Assembly (NCBI GenBank): GCA_963810935.1
Contig: CAWEPK010000008.1
Coordinates: forward strand, 256,001 to 320,000
Source: an uncultured delta proteobacterium
GTDB taxonomy: Bacteria > Desulfobacterota > Syntrophorhabdia > Syntrophorhabdales > WCHB1-27
DNA length: 64,000 nucleotides
Reading direction: 5' to 3'
The notes under the pieces are model-generated. The model did no database searches. It was not told the origin of the DNA and saw only the letters and a list, made by a program, of their open reading frames with translations. Shown in pieces: positions 29,302 through 39,811 of the stretch (position 1 is its first letter; each line of letters starts with the position of its first letter). The translations under genes and the position numbers were made by a program.

Positions 29302-29984
29302 AAATCGAGGGCATCGACGCCCATTACGGCAGCGCCCAGGTGCTCCACGACGTAAGCGTAGAGGCACAGCAGGGCGAGCTCGTCTGCATCGTCGGCAGGA
29401 ACGGCGCGGGCAAGACGACGCTCTTAAAAACCGTGGCCGGGTTCATGCACCCGTCAAAGGGCAGCGTAATTTTCGACGGCAGGCCCATCGGCCGTTTGAA
29501 GCCAGAAAAAGTCGCCCGCCTCGGCATCAAGTACGTCTGGCAGGACAAGCGTGTCTTCGCCGAGCTGACCGTCCGCGAGAACATGGAGCTTGCGAGCTAC
29601 CCTCTGAAGGCGGACCTCAACGAATCCCTCGAAAAGCTATTCGCGGTCTCGCAAAAGATGAAGACGCTCCTCGACTCGAAGGCGAAAGGCCTGAGCGGAG
29701 GGGAGAGGCAGATCCTGCTTATAGGCCGGGCGCTTGCGGGCAACCCCAGGCTGCTTCTGATCGACGAGCCGACGGAGGGGCTCGCAGCAAAGGTGATCGA
29801 CGACATCTCCCGCATACTGACGGACATGAAGGGGCGCGTCTCGATGATAGTTGTCGAGCAGAACCTCGTTATCGTCTCCCAGCTTGCCGACAGGATATAT
29901 ATCATGAAAGAAGGCAGCGTGCTCAGGGAGATATCGGACAAAGGCATGATACAGGACCAGGCGTACATAGAATCGCTGTTGTGA
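29292..29984 (+). CDS. livF: ABC ATPase, LivF-like
   Basis: GRNGAGKTT, LSGGERQ, DEPTEGL, VEQN. Confidence 0.9.
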   Translation: MLLKIEGIDAHYGSAQVLHDVSVEAQQGELVCIVGRNGAGKTTLLKTVAGFMHPSKGSVIFDGRPIGRLKPEKVARLGIKYVWQDKRVFAELTVRENMELASYPLKADLNESLEKLFAVSQKMKTLLDSKAKGLSGGERQILLIGRALAGNPRLLLIDEPTEGLAAKVIDDISRILTDMKGRVSMIVVEQNLVIVSQLADRIYIMKEGSVLREISDKGMIQDQAYIESLL

Positions 29985-30985
29985 GGCAGCAAAAAAAAGG
30001 CATGGGCGGCGATAAAAGCATATTCAGAAAAATAGACGATTCGGGGGCGATCAATTTCGCCGTCATGATCGTAGGCTTCAGCCTCTTCGCGTGGTTCGCG
30101 TCCGTAAACAAAGTCACCGATTTTATCATCTTTTGCATCTATGTCCTCGGCTTCGACGTGCTTTACGGCCGCATGGGGCGCATCTCCTTCGGCCATATGC
30201 TCTACCTCGGTGCAGGCGCGTACGGGGCCGCGATGTCCGCAAAGTATATCTCTACGGACCCCTTCCTCGCGATCTTCATGGGCCTTGCAGCGGGCGCGGC
30301 AGTGGGCTTACTGCTCGGCCCCATCTGCGTGCGCGTGAAGGGCGCGGCCTTCGCCCTTATCAACGTGGCCTTCAACCAGATAGGATATTTCCTCGTCCTC
30401 GTCGCTCTCGCAAGGTACACGGGCGGAGAAGACGGGGTCTCCCTCACGTTCGCCAAGTACGGGTTCATCAATTTCGGCGAGGTCCATTTCCTTTTCTGCT
30501 TCTGCCTGTTCTGTCTCATAGTCTCGTATTACCTGATGCAGAAGCTGAAGCGCTCGGCTTTCGGGGCGATACTGACGGGCATAAAGGAAAACGAAACCAG
30601 GGTGCGCTTTTTGGGCTACAACACGTTTTTCTATAAAAGGGCCGCTTTTATCATATCGACGACCTTGTCTGCGCTGGCGGGCGCGCTCTTCGTGCTCGAC
30701 TACGGTTTCGCCAACCCGAGTTTCATGGACCCCGCACGCAACGTGGAGGTCATCTTCGCGGCGCTCATAGGCGGGCCGGGCACGGAGTCGGGGCCGGTGG
30801 CCGGCGGCACGGCATATATGGTCATAAGCAATTACCTGGCGAAATACATCACGCGATGGGAGTTGTTCATGGGCCTCGCGCTGCTCATAATCGCTTTCAG
30901 GTTCAGGAAAGGCATGATGGGATACATCGAGGACCTTATAACGTCAAGGCGCGAGCGCAAGGCGTCGGGACAGGCGGAGCGGTAA
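29981..30985 (+). CDS. livM: ABC permease, LivM-like
   Basis: SFGH, TGGEDG, IKENETR...LGY. Confidence 0.88.
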   Translation: MRQQKKGMGGDKSIFRKIDDSGAINFAVMIVGFSLFAWFASVNKVTDFIIFCIYVLGFDVLYGRMGRISFGHMLYLGAGAYGAAMSAKYISTDPFLAIFMGLAAGAAVGLLLGPICVRVKGAAFALINVAFNQIGYFLVLVALARYTGGEDGVSLTFAKYGFINFGEVHFLFCFCLFCLIVSYYLMQKLKRSAFGAILTGIKENETRVRFLGYNTFFYKRAAFIISTTLSALAGALFVLDYGFANPSFMDPARNVEVIFAALIGGPGTESGPVAGGTAYMVISNYLAKYITRWELFMGLALLIIAFRFRKGMMGYIEDLITSRRERKASGQAER

Positions 30986-31818
30986 TGCTCGAAGTCATCG
31001 CATACGGACTGACGATAGGCGGCATCCTTTACATTATATCGATAGGCTTCTCGCTGACCTTCGGCAGCATGAGGATCGTCAATTTCGCCCACGGCCTCGT
31101 CTATGCCGTAGGCGCCTACGCCCTCGTGTCGATGATGCACGTGACAAGAGGCAATTTCCTCCTCGCGGCCATACTTGCCGTCGCCGCGTCGCTGCCGGTC
31201 AGCTACGTCATAGAGAAGTTCGTCATAAGGAGGCTCTACGGCAAGTCGATAGACTACGCCATCATCGCGAGCTACGCGGTCCTGCTTATGGGCGTCGATA
31301 TCATCAAGTGGATATGGGGCGCGAGCCCCCTGCCCCTGAACGACCCCGTCGGCAGGAGCCTGGCCGTCCTCTCTTTCGATATACCGGTTTACAGGGTTAT
31401 CATTATCGTCCTGTCGTTCCTGATATTCATCGGCCTCTCGCTTTTCTTCAAGAAAACGATTATAGGCAAGATAGTAGTCGCGGGCCTCCAGGACAGAGAG
31501 GCTGTGCAGGGCCTGGGGATCGACATAGACAAATATTTCGCAATCGTCTTCATGATAGGGAGCGCGCTGGCCGCACTCGGCGGGGTACTATACGCGCCGA
31601 TCAGCACGGTCCACCCGTACATGGGCTTCCGCGTAGTCACCCTTTGTTTTGCTGTCGTTATAGTAGGCGGCATGGGAAACCTGAAGGGGACCGCGATTGC
31701 GTCTTACGTGCTTGGGATGGTGATGGCCCTTACGGCCTGGTTCTGGGGGCCTGCCGCGGAGGCTATGATCTTCGCCGTGATGGCGGTTGTCCTGATTTTC
31801 CGGCCGATAGAGATCTAG
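30985..31818 (+). CDS. livH: ABC permease, LivH-like
   Basis: VNFAHG, VIVGGMG. Confidence 0.88.
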   Translation: MLEVIAYGLTIGGILYIISIGFSLTFGSMRIVNFAHGLVYAVGAYALVSMMHVTRGNFLLAAILAVAASLPVSYVIEKFVIRRLYGKSIDYAIIASYAVLLMGVDIIKWIWGASPLPLNDPVGRSLAVLSFDIPVYRVIIIVLSFLIFIGLSLFFKKTIIGKIVVAGLQDREAVQGLGIDIDKYFAIVFMIGSALAALGGVLYAPISTVHPYMGFRVVTLCFAVVIVGGMGNLKGTAIASYVLGMVMALTAWFWGPAAEAMIFAVMAVVLIFRPIEI

Positions 31819-31890
31819 GCCTAAGGTCGCGAGCAGCAGGAAAAGCCGCACCGGCTTTGAGGCGGGCAATGGTGCGAAAAGGAGCGAGCC

Positions 31891-32811
31891 ATGAAGTTCT
31901 CGGGGAACGTATCATACACCAAAGAACGTGAATGGGAGCAATACCTGATGCCGCGCACGGTCGAGGAGGCCCTCGACATACTTAGGCAGCACAGGGGCAG
32001 GGCCAGGATCATAGCAGGCGGGACCGATGTCGTAGTGCAGGCCAGGGACGGCTCAAGGGCCGAAAAGGTCCTGGTCGATATCACCCGCATCAAGGGCCTG
32101 GGCTACATCAGGAAAGATAAAGAAACGGTCCACATAGGCTGCCTCGCAACACATGCCGAGGTGGCTGCGTCCGGGATCGTCCGGGAGAAAGGGTCTGCAC
32201 TGGCCGAAGGCGCCTCGCGTCTCGGCTCTCCACAGATAAGGAACATGGCGACCGTTGCGGGCAATATCGTCAACGCCCAGCCGGGCGCGGATACGGTGAT
32301 CCCCCTGCTCGCGCTCGATGCGCAGGTCCGCATCGTCGGCAGCCGCGGCGAGCGGTGGGTGCCGCTAACGAAGCTCTTCACCGGCGTCGGACAGTGTCGC
32401 GTGGACAGCACGCGCGAGTTGCTGACGGAGATCGCCTTCGCCGCCCACAAAAAAAGCGAGGGCAGCGCCGCCTTCAGGCTCGCCAAGCGCGCGGCCCTGG
32501 TGCTCCCCATCCTTACGGCGGCGGCGTTCGTTGCGATAGACCCTAAGGCAGGCACGTTCCTGAAGGCAAGGATCGCGGTCGGCCCCGTTGCCCTCACGCC
32601 GCTGCGCTGCACTGCGGCGGAGAAGCTGCTTTCGGGCGCGCCGGCCGGCGAGGAAGCCATAAAGAAGGCGGCGAGAGAGGCGGCCGCCGCCGCGCAGCCG
32701 AGGAGCAGCCTTATCCGGGGCACCAGGGAATACCGGCAGGCGATGGTCGAGGTCCTGGTCGAAAGGGCCCTGAAGACTGCGCTCAAAAGGGCGGAGGGGC
32801 AAAATGGCTAA
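31891..32811 (+). CDS. XDH/CoxM-family FAD subunit
   Basis: IAGGTD, QIRNMATVAGNI..A.PGAD; no Cys insert. Confidence 0.92.
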   Translation: MKFSGNVSYTKEREWEQYLMPRTVEEALDILRQHRGRARIIAGGTDVVVQARDGSRAEKVLVDITRIKGLGYIRKDKETVHIGCLATHAEVAASGIVREKGSALAEGASRLGSPQIRNMATVAGNIVNAQPGADTVIPLLALDAQVRIVGSRGERWVPLTKLFTGVGQCRVDSTRELLTEIAFAAHKKSEGSAAFRLAKRAALVLPILTAAAFVAIDPKAGTFLKARIAVGPVALTPLRCTAAEKLLSGAPAGEEAIKKAAREAAAAAQPRSSLIRGTREYRQAMVEVLVERALKTALKRAEGQNG

Positions 32812-33280
32812 GGAAAAGGTGAGGCTGACCGTAAACGGGAAAAGCACGGCCATTGAGGCGGAGCCGGGTGAGATGCTCGTAGACGTGCTGCGCGACAGGC
32901 TGGGGCTGATGGGGACCAAGGCCGGATGCCGCACGGGCGAATGCGGGACGTGCTCGGTCATCATGAACGGCGTACTCGTCGCCTCCTGCATCGTCCCTAT
33001 AAAGAAGGCCGACAGGGCGAGCATAACGACCATAGAGGGTCTCGAAAAGGCGGGCGAGCTGCACGCAGTCCAGAAGGCGTTCATCGAAAAAGGGGCCATA
33101 CAGTGCGGCTTCTGCACACCTGCGATGGTGCTGGCGGGAAAGGTCCTGCTCGATAATAACCCTAACCCTACGAGAGAGCAGATACTGGAGGCTATATCGG
33201 GCATACTTTGCAGGTGCACCGGTTACCAGAAGATCCTCGAGGCGATAGTCTGGGCGTCGCAAGCCCAAGGACCGAGGTGA
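32804..33280 (+). CDS. 2x[2Fe-2S] subunit
   Basis: CRTGECGTC, QCGFCTP, CRCTGY. Confidence 0.95.
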   Translation: MAKEKVRLTVNGKSTAIEAEPGEMLVDVLRDRLGLMGTKAGCRTGECGTCSVIMNGVLVASCIVPIKKADRASITTIEGLEKAGELHAVQKAFIEKGAIQCGFCTPAMVLAGKVLLDNNPNPTREQILEAISGILCRCTGYQKILEAIVWASQAQGPR

Positions 33281-33283
33281 CGT

Positions 33284-35641
33284 ATGAGCCAGGAGAAAGC
33301 CGGAAGGAACGGTCTGAAGAAAGCGGGCGAATTTTCCGTCATCGGCAAATCGATGCTGAGGATGGATGGCCGGGATAAAGTTGCGGGCACGTTCAAGTAT
33401 ATAGGTGACTTCGAGTTCGCGCGCCTGCTCCACGGTGCAGTGCTGCGCAGCCCCCACCCGCACGCGCTCATAAAGAAGATCGACACGTCGGTAGCGAAAG
33501 CCCTGCCGGGCGTCGTTGCCGTGCTTACCGCCAAAGACGTGCCGGGCAGGAACGGCTTCGGCGCGATCACCCCGGACCAGCCCGTCATCTGCGGCGACAA
33601 GGTGCGGTTCGTGGGCGACGCAGTGGCCCTCGTCGCCGCGGAAGATGAGAAGACTGCGATAAAAGCGCTGCGCCTCATAAAAGTCGAGTACCAGGTGCTG
33701 CCGGCCGTCTTCTCCCCCGTTGACGCCCTGGCGCCGAACGCCCCGAAGGTCCATGACGCGGGCAACCTCATCACTACGTCGAGAGTGCAGAAAGGCGACG
33801 TGGACGCAGGCTTCAGGGAGGCCGACGTAGTGCTCGAGCGCACGTATGAGGTGCCCTTTCTGGAGCACGCATACCTTGAGCCGGACGTCACCGTGGCAGT
33901 ACCCGGAGGCGACGGGACAATGGCGGTATACGGCCCGATGCAGGCGCCCTTCACAACAAGGAGGAACGTCGCGCCCGTGCTCGGCGTCCCCGTAAACAAG
34001 GTCAGGTGCGTGGCGGTCTCGCCCGGCGGCGGGTTCGGCGGCAAGGAAGACTCGCCCGTCGATACGGCAGTGCGGGCCGCTGTCCTCGCCTGGACGTGCG
34101 GAAGGCCCGTGCGCCTGGAATATTCGCGCGAAGAGATCATGCTCTCCACGTGCAAGCGCCACCCCATGATACTCAAGTGCAAGATCGGCGCAAAGAAAGA
34201 CGGCAGGTTCACGGCATTCGCAGGGACGATCTACGACGAGCAGGGTGCGTACGCGTCGCTGGGGCCGGTACTGCCGCCGGCCGGAGGCGTCCATGCCCAC
34301 GCGGTAATCATGCTCGCCGGCCCCTACCAGATACCGAACGTGGCCGTCGAGGGCCACCTCGTCTTTACGAACCACCCGTATGGGGGCGCAATGCGCGGCT
34401 TCGGCGCGCCCCAGGCGAACTTCGCGCATGAATCGCTCGTGGACGAGCTGGCCGGCATGCTGCAGATGGACCCTTACGCCCTGCGGATGAAAAATGCCTT
34501 CGCCCTAGGCTCGGTCACAGCCACAGGCCAGGTCCTCGACCAGAGCGTCGGCCTGCGCGAGACCATGGAAGAGACCCACAGGACCTTCGGATGGCCGGAG
34601 AAAAGAAAGGCCGCAGCCGAACGCGCGGGCGGGGCCGGATCGGACAAGCGTACCGGCTACGGCATGGCGATAGGCTGGTACAGGACGAGCATAGGCACTT
34701 CCTTCGACGGGTGCGCAGCCAACGTGCACCTCATGGAAGACGGCTCGGTCATCATTTACCAGGGCCTCGTCGAGATGGGCCAGGGCATGCATACGGGCAT
34801 CTCACAGATAGCGGCGGAGGCGCTGGGCGTAGCGCTGGAAGACGTCAGGGTGATCACGCCCGACACGGACAGCGCCCCCGAATCGGGGCCTACTGTCGGC
34901 TCGCGCTGCCTTACGCTCATGGGGAACGCAATACTGCTTGCAATACAGCCGATAAAGGAATCGCTGATGCAATCGGCCTCGGAGCTTCTCGAAACGCCCG
35001 TCGCCAGGCTCGCCGCAGCAGACCGCTGGATCTACGACAGGGAAAACCCGGAGATGCGACTACAGGTCAAAGAGGCGGCCCGCCGCTGCATGGCCCTCGG
35101 CAGAAGGATGATGGGACAGGGCTGGTACACGCCGCCCAAGGCGACGCTCGACCCGAAAACAGGCCAGGGCAACCCCTACTTCGTGTATACTTATGCCACG
35201 CAGATGGCGGAGGTAGAAGTTGACACGAGGACCGGCGAGGCGCAGGTTAAAAAAATCGTCGCTTCTTTCGACATCGGCAAGGCGATCAACCCCATGCTGC
35301 TCGAAGGTCAGATAGACGGCGGCATCGGCATGGGCCTCGGTTACGCACTCACGGAAAAGGTCGTGATCGACAAAGGCGTCATACAAAACCTTGGGCTGAA
35401 AGATTATCTTATCCCAACGTCCCTCGACATTCCGGAGATAGCATCTACAATGATCGAGAAACACAACATCCACGGTCCCTTCGGGGCGAAGGGCATCGGC
35501 GAGATGCCAAACATACCGACGCCCGCGGCAATCAACAACGCCATCGCCGACGCCATCGGCGCGCGCCTTTACAAACTGCCTCTGGATTCGGAATCCGTCT
35601 GGAGGGCAATGCGAGACGCAAAAGAAAAGAGAGGGAGGTAA
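33284..35641 (+). CDS. XDH-family molybdopterin subunit
   Basis: HAYLEP, GGGFGGK, GAMRGFG, MGQG, GAKGIGE. Confidence 0.95.
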   Translation: MSQEKAGRNGLKKAGEFSVIGKSMLRMDGRDKVAGTFKYIGDFEFARLLHGAVLRSPHPHALIKKIDTSVAKALPGVVAVLTAKDVPGRNGFGAITPDQPVICGDKVRFVGDAVALVAAEDEKTAIKALRLIKVEYQVLPAVFSPVDALAPNAPKVHDAGNLITTSRVQKGDVDAGFREADVVLERTYEVPFLEHAYLEPDVTVAVPGGDGTMAVYGPMQAPFTTRRNVAPVLGVPVNKVRCVAVSPGGGFGGKEDSPVDTAVRAAVLAWTCGRPVRLEYSREEIMLSTCKRHPMILKCKIGAKKDGRFTAFAGTIYDEQGAYASLGPVLPPAGGVHAHAVIMLAGPYQIPNVAVEGHLVFTNHPYGGAMRGFGAPQANFAHESLVDELAGMLQMDPYALRMKNAFALGSVTATGQVLDQSVGLRETMEETHRTFGWPEKRKAAAERAGGAGSDKRTGYGMAIGWYRTSIGTSFDGCAANVHLMEDGSVIIYQGLVEMGQGMHTGISQIAAEALGVALEDVRVITPDTDSAPESGPTVGSRCLTLMGNAILLAIQPIKESLMQSASELLETPVARLAAADRWIYDRENPEMRLQVKEAARRCMALGRRMMGQGWYTPPKATLDPKTGQGNPYFVYTYATQMAEVEVDTRTGEAQVKKIVASFDIGKAINPMLLEGQIDGGIGMGLGYALTEKVVIDKGVIQNLGLKDYLIPTSLDIPEIASTMIEKHNIHGPFGAKGIGEMPNIPTPAAINNAIADAIGARLYKLPLDSESVWRAMRDAKEKRGR

Positions 35642-35645
35642 GCTC

Positions 35646-36452
35646 ATGCTCCGTTTCAGCGCGAATCTCACCATGATGTTTAACGAAGTCGAGTTCCTCG
35701 ACAGGTTCGGGAGGGCGGCGGCGGCCGGCTTCAAGGCGGTCGAGTATATGTTCCCCTACCCTTACGAGAAAGACGTACTCGCTGACAAGCTGCACGCCTT
35801 CGATCTGGAGCAGGTGCTCATCAACCTTCCCGCAGGCAACTGGGAAGGAGGCGAGAGGGGCATCGCGCTGCTGCCCGACAGGGTGGGCGAGTTCGAAGAC
35901 GGGGTCGGCCGCGCCATCGATTACGCAGTTGCGCTCGGCTGCGACCGCGTCAACCTCCTGGTGGGACTGACGCCTTACGACGTGCCGGCACAGACCGCGC
36001 GGCAGACGCTCGTGCGAAACGTACGCTTCGCGGCTACAGCCTTTGCCGCAAAGAAGATCAGGCTCCTCGTCGAGACGATCAATACCCGCGACATGCCGGG
36101 CTTTTATCTCTCCACTACAGATGCATTCCTCGCGCTCTGTAAAGAGGTGGACCATCCGAACGTCTTTTACCAGTACGACGTTTTCCATATGCAGGTAATG
36201 GAAGGGCGCCTGGCCGAGAGGATACGGGCGAATATCGAGAAGATAGCGCATATCCAGGTGGCCGACGAGCCGGGGAGGCATGAGCCGGGGACGGGCGAGA
36301 TCAACTATCCGAACATGTTCCGGTTTATCGAGGAGGCGGGATACAAGGGCTTCGTGGGCTGCGAATACCGCCCGGCAGGAAAAACCGAGGACGGGCTGGA
36401 CTGGCTGAAACCTTATTTGAAAGGAAAACAGCAAACTAACTCAAAGAGATAA
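35646..36452 (+). CDS. hyi: Hydroxypyruvate isomerase
   Basis: FSANL, GFKAVE, YDVFHMQ, HIQVAD.PGRHEPGTGEINY. Confidence 0.92.
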   Translation: MLRFSANLTMMFNEVEFLDRFGRAAAAGFKAVEYMFPYPYEKDVLADKLHAFDLEQVLINLPAGNWEGGERGIALLPDRVGEFEDGVGRAIDYAVALGCDRVNLLVGLTPYDVPAQTARQTLVRNVRFAATAFAAKKIRLLVETINTRDMPGFYLSTTDAFLALCKEVDHPNVFYQYDVFHMQVMEGRLAERIRANIEKIAHIQVADEPGRHEPGTGEINYPNMFRFIEEAGYKGFVGCEYRPAGKTEDGLDWLKPYLKGKQQTNSKR

Positions 36453-36468
36453 ACCAGGAGGCGCTTAA

Positions 36469-37365
36469 ATGTCTAAAATAGCATTCGTCGGACTGGGCAT
36501 CATGGGCAAGCCGATGGCGGCAAATCTGATAAAGGCGGGACATGCGCTCTTCATCTACGACGTAATGGAGGCGCCTGTCGCGGAGCTTGCGGCCAAGGGC
36601 GCAACGCGGTGCGCGAGCGCGAAAGAGGCGGCGGAAAAGTCGGAGATCGTGATCCTGATGCTGCCCGACACGCCCGACGTGGAAGCAGCCATCTTCGGTC
36701 AAAACGGAGTGGCCGCAGGCGTGCGTGCCGGCTCCGTAGTCGTCGATATGAGCTCCATCTCACCCATCGCCACCCGCAGGTTCGCAGAAAGCCTAGCGGC
36801 AAAGGGGGTGGAGATGCTCGACGCCCCCGTCTCCGGCGGCCAGGTCGGCGCCGAGAACGCGACGCTTTCGATCATGGTCGGCGGCAAGGAAGAGGTATTC
36901 GAGAAGATCAAGCCGATCTTTGAAAAAGTGGGAAAGAATATCGTCCGGATCGGCGGCAACGGCGACGGCCAGACCTGCAAGGTAGCAAACCAGATCGTCG
37001 TCGCCCTCACCATAGAGGCCGTCTCCGAGGCGCTGGTTTTTGCCTCAAAGGCCGGGGCCGACGTAGCCAAAGTCAGGGAAGCCCTTCTCGGCGGTTTCGC
37101 CCAGAGCAGGATACTCGAAATCCACGGCCAGAGGATGATCGACCGCAATTTTCAACCGGGATTCAGGGTGCGGCTCCACCAGAAGGACCTCAACCTGGCG
37201 CTCCAGGCAGGCCGGGAGCTGGGCGTGGCCCTTCCCAATACGGCAACCGCGCAGCAGCTTTATACAGCGCTTGTTGCCGAGAAAGGGGGAGACCTGGACC
37301 ATTCGGCAATGATCGAGGTGATCGAGAAGCTGGCGGCCCATGCCATCGGGCCGTCCGGGAAATAG
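36469..37365 (+). CDS. glxR: 2-hydroxy-3-oxopropionate (tartronate semialdehyde) reductase
   Basis: GLGIMGKPM, DAPVSGG, GDGQTCKVANQ, LHQKDL. Confidence 0.88.
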   Translation: MSKIAFVGLGIMGKPMAANLIKAGHALFIYDVMEAPVAELAAKGATRCASAKEAAEKSEIVILMLPDTPDVEAAIFGQNGVAAGVRAGSVVVDMSSISPIATRRFAESLAAKGVEMLDAPVSGGQVGAENATLSIMVGGKEEVFEKIKPIFEKVGKNIVRIGGNGDGQTCKVANQIVVALTIEAVSEALVFASKAGADVAKVREALLGGFAQSRILEIHGQRMIDRNFQPGFRVRLHQKDLNLALQAGRELGVALPNTATAQQLYTALVAEKGGDLDHSAMIEVIEKLAAHAIGPSGK

Positions 37366-37390
37366 GCGGTTTTCCACCTGCGTCCGATGG

Positions 37391-38488
37391 CTAGGCGCGT
37401 TTTTTCTTCGTCACGCAGTGGACGCCCTGTCCTGCGAAGCCCGGCTTAAAGCAGAGGCTGTCCGACTTGCAGAACGCCGGCCGCCTGTCCCCTTCCCTCC
37501 ATCGGTTCACCAGGTCCGGCTCCGCGATCAGGGGGCGGCTCAGCGCGATATAGTCGGCCGTCCCGTCGGCGACCAATCTTTCCGCTGCTTCATAGAGCCG
37601 TATGCCGCCCACAAGCATCAGCGGCACCCGGACCTTCTCTTTGTACCGGCGGGCTGCCGCCAGGTAGTAGGCCCCTCCCTCCGCAACGGCCGCCTTCCCC
37701 GTCCTCGACGGGCCGTAAGCGCCGTACGGCGTGCCCCCGCTCATCTCTATCGCGTCCACGCCTCCCGCCTCCAGCATGGTAGAAACGGAAAGCATGTCAT
37801 CGACGGTAAAACCGCCGTCTTCGTAGTCTTCGGCGTTGATCTTGACGGTAACGGCAAAATCCGGACCGACCGCCGCCCGCACGGCAGCGACCGTCTCCAG
37901 GAGAAGCCTCGCCCTGCCCTCTACGGCGCCGCCATAGCCGTCCTGCCTTTTGTTAATGCGGGGCGAAAGGAACTGGCTCAACATGTAGCCGTGGGCTGCG
38001 TGCACCTGCACGCCGTCAAAGCCGGCTTTCTTCGACCTGGCCGCCGCTGCCGCGAAGGCTTCTACCGTATGCCGCAAGTCATCGGCGCTCATAGCGCATG
38101 AAGCGCTCCCGTCCGGCGCCAGGTCGGAAGGCCCCTTGGCCGTCATGCCGGTCAGCTCCTTGTTGGCCCTGCTCCCCGCATGGGCAAGCTGCGCCATGAT
38201 TACTCCGCCCGCACCGTGCACCGCGTCCGTCAGTCCTTTAAGCGGCCCGATGTAGTCGTCGCTGTATATCGCCTGCTGCCACCTGCCCGCCTGCCCCTCC
38301 GGGCTTACATACGTATGGCCGGATATGATGATGCCCACGCCGCCTTTCGCGAGCCCGACGAGAACATCCTTCAGGGCGTCCGTAGGATAGCCTTCCGGCG
38401 TCGCCATGCCTTCCCACGTGGCCGACCGTACAAACCTGTTCGCTACCTTTATGTTGTTGAGCTTCGTTGCCTCAAAAAGCTGCGCCAT
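37391..38488 (-). CDS. NADH:flavin oxidoreductase (OYE family)
   Basis: NRFVRSAT, QLAHAG, GFDGVQVHAAHGY, SRPLIAEP. Confidence 0.92.
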   Translation of the reverse strand: MAQLFEATKLNNIKVANRFVRSATWEGMATPEGYPTDALKDVLVGLAKGGVGIIISGHTYVSPEGQAGRWQQAIYSDDYIGPLKGLTDAVHGAGGVIMAQLAHAGSRANKELTGMTAKGPSDLAPDGSASCAMSADDLRHTVEAFAAAAARSKKAGFDGVQVHAAHGYMLSQFLSPRINKRQDGYGGAVEGRARLLLETVAAVRAAVGPDFAVTVKINAEDYEDGGFTVDDMLSVSTMLEAGGVDAIEMSGGTPYGAYGPSRTGKAAVAEGGAYYLAAARRYKEKVRVPLMLVGGIRLYEAAERLVADGTADYIALSRPLIAEPDLVNRWREGDRRPAFCKSDSLCFKPGFAGQGVHCVTKKKRA

Positions 38489-38499
38489 CTCTTCCTCCT

Positions 38500-39195
38500 T
38501 TATTCCAGCAGAAGCAGGGGATTGAAACGCGTCTCACGGTCATAGACGTCGACCCCCTCGTGCCGCTTCAGAAAACCGACCATCCAATAGGTGAACGGAG
38601 TAACCACCGCCTCGTAGACCGACTTGAACATCCATTGGGTAACGATCGTCCAGCCCAGGACCGCAGGCGGCATCACACCATAAAAGGCAATGGTTATGAA
38701 CACGGTCGAATCGAGGGCCTGCCCCACGACGGTCGATCCTATCGTGCGCGTCCAGAGCCAGCGGCCTTCGGTCGCTATCTTCATCTTGGCCAGGACGAAG
38801 GAGTTTGCAAACTCGCCCACGAGGTAGGCGGCGAAAGACGCGGCGAGGATCCTCGGCGTGCAGCCGAGTATCCGCTCGTAGGCAGACTGGCCGTCCCAGA
38901 AAGGCGCGGAGGGCATTGCCTGTCCTGCCAGTATGGCGATAACGGCAATGAAGTTGCAGAAGAAGCCGAGCCAGATCACCTGCCTCGCCCGCCGGTAGCC
39001 GTAGACTTCCGTGAGGACGTCGCCGAAGACGTAGCTCAGCGGAAAAATCACTATGCTGGCGGGAAGGACAAGCCCCCACACGCGCACGAGCTTCACCGCC
39101 ATTATGTTCGCCGTGATGAGGCACGTCGTGAAGACAGCCGCAATGAAGACGAACCACGCCGAATATCCCTTTTGCCCGCTGTTATTTTGGACCAT
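38500..39195 (-). CDS. Queuosine precursor transporter (YhhQ/VUT family)
   Basis: FP..Y...DVLTEVYGY, PRILAAS, LWTRTIGST. Confidence 0.9.
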   Translation of the reverse strand: MVQNNSGQKGYSAWFVFIAAVFTTCLITANIMAVKLVRVWGLVLPASIVIFPLSYVFGDVLTEVYGYRRARQVIWLGFFCNFIAVIAILAGQAMPSAPFWDGQSAYERILGCTPRILAASFAAYLVGEFANSFVLAKMKIATEGRWLWTRTIGSTVVGQALDSTVFITIAFYGVMPPAVLGWTIVTQWMFKSVYEAVVTPFTYWMVGFLKRHEGVDVYDRETRFNPLLLLE

Positions 39196-39318
39196 GACCT
39201 ATAGATACTATACCGCGACCTGCCCCGATTTCAACTCCCCGTCTCCTTGCCGCATCCGCGCCTCTGCACTATAATTAAGAAAACTACGCGATGCCGCATC
39301 GGCCGAAAGGGGGCAAAA

Positions 39319-39801
39319 ATGGACGTGTACGATTACGCCATGCAGATGGAGAAAGATGGAGAACAGCTTTACAGGGAAGGGGCGCGCCTGTCCGGGCACA
39401 AGGGCCTCGCCTCGATAATGACGATGCTCGCGGACGCGGAGATCGCCCATTACAACCTCTTCAAGCGCATGAAGGAGCACGAGGGCGGGCGCCTGCCTGA
39501 GACAAACCTGCTCAAGGACGTCAAGAATGTATTTGTGACGATGAAGGAGCAAGGCGGCCTTGAGTCCATCGGCGTGTCGGAGATAGACCTTTACAAAAAG
39601 GCCCAGGACATAGAAAAGAAGAGCGAGGACTTCTACCGCGAATCGGCGTCAAAGGTGGACGGCGCCGAGCGCGAGTCATTCATCCAGGTGGCCGACGAGG
39701 AGAAGAAGCACTACTTCATTCTTCAGCAGATAATAGACTTCGTCTCCCGGCCGCAGCAGTGGCTTGAAAACGCGGAATGGTACCACCTGGACGAATACTG
39801 A
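39319..39801 (+). CDS. Rubrerythrin/ferritin-like protein
   Basis: Two E..Y...E..H repeats (EIAH, EEKKH). Confidence 0.85.
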   Translation: MDVYDYAMQMEKDGEQLYREGARLSGHKGLASIMTMLADAEIAHYNLFKRMKEHEGGRLPETNLLKDVKNVFVTMKEQGGLESIGVSEIDLYKKAQDIEKKSEDFYRESASKVDGAERESFIQVADEEKKHYFILQQIIDFVSRPQQWLENAEWYHLDEY

Positions 39802-39811
39802 CGCCTAAGCC

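Noticed and set aside
39196..39318. preQ1 riboswitch upstream of the queuosine precursor transporter
   Set aside because: No recognisable preQ1 stem with A-rich tail
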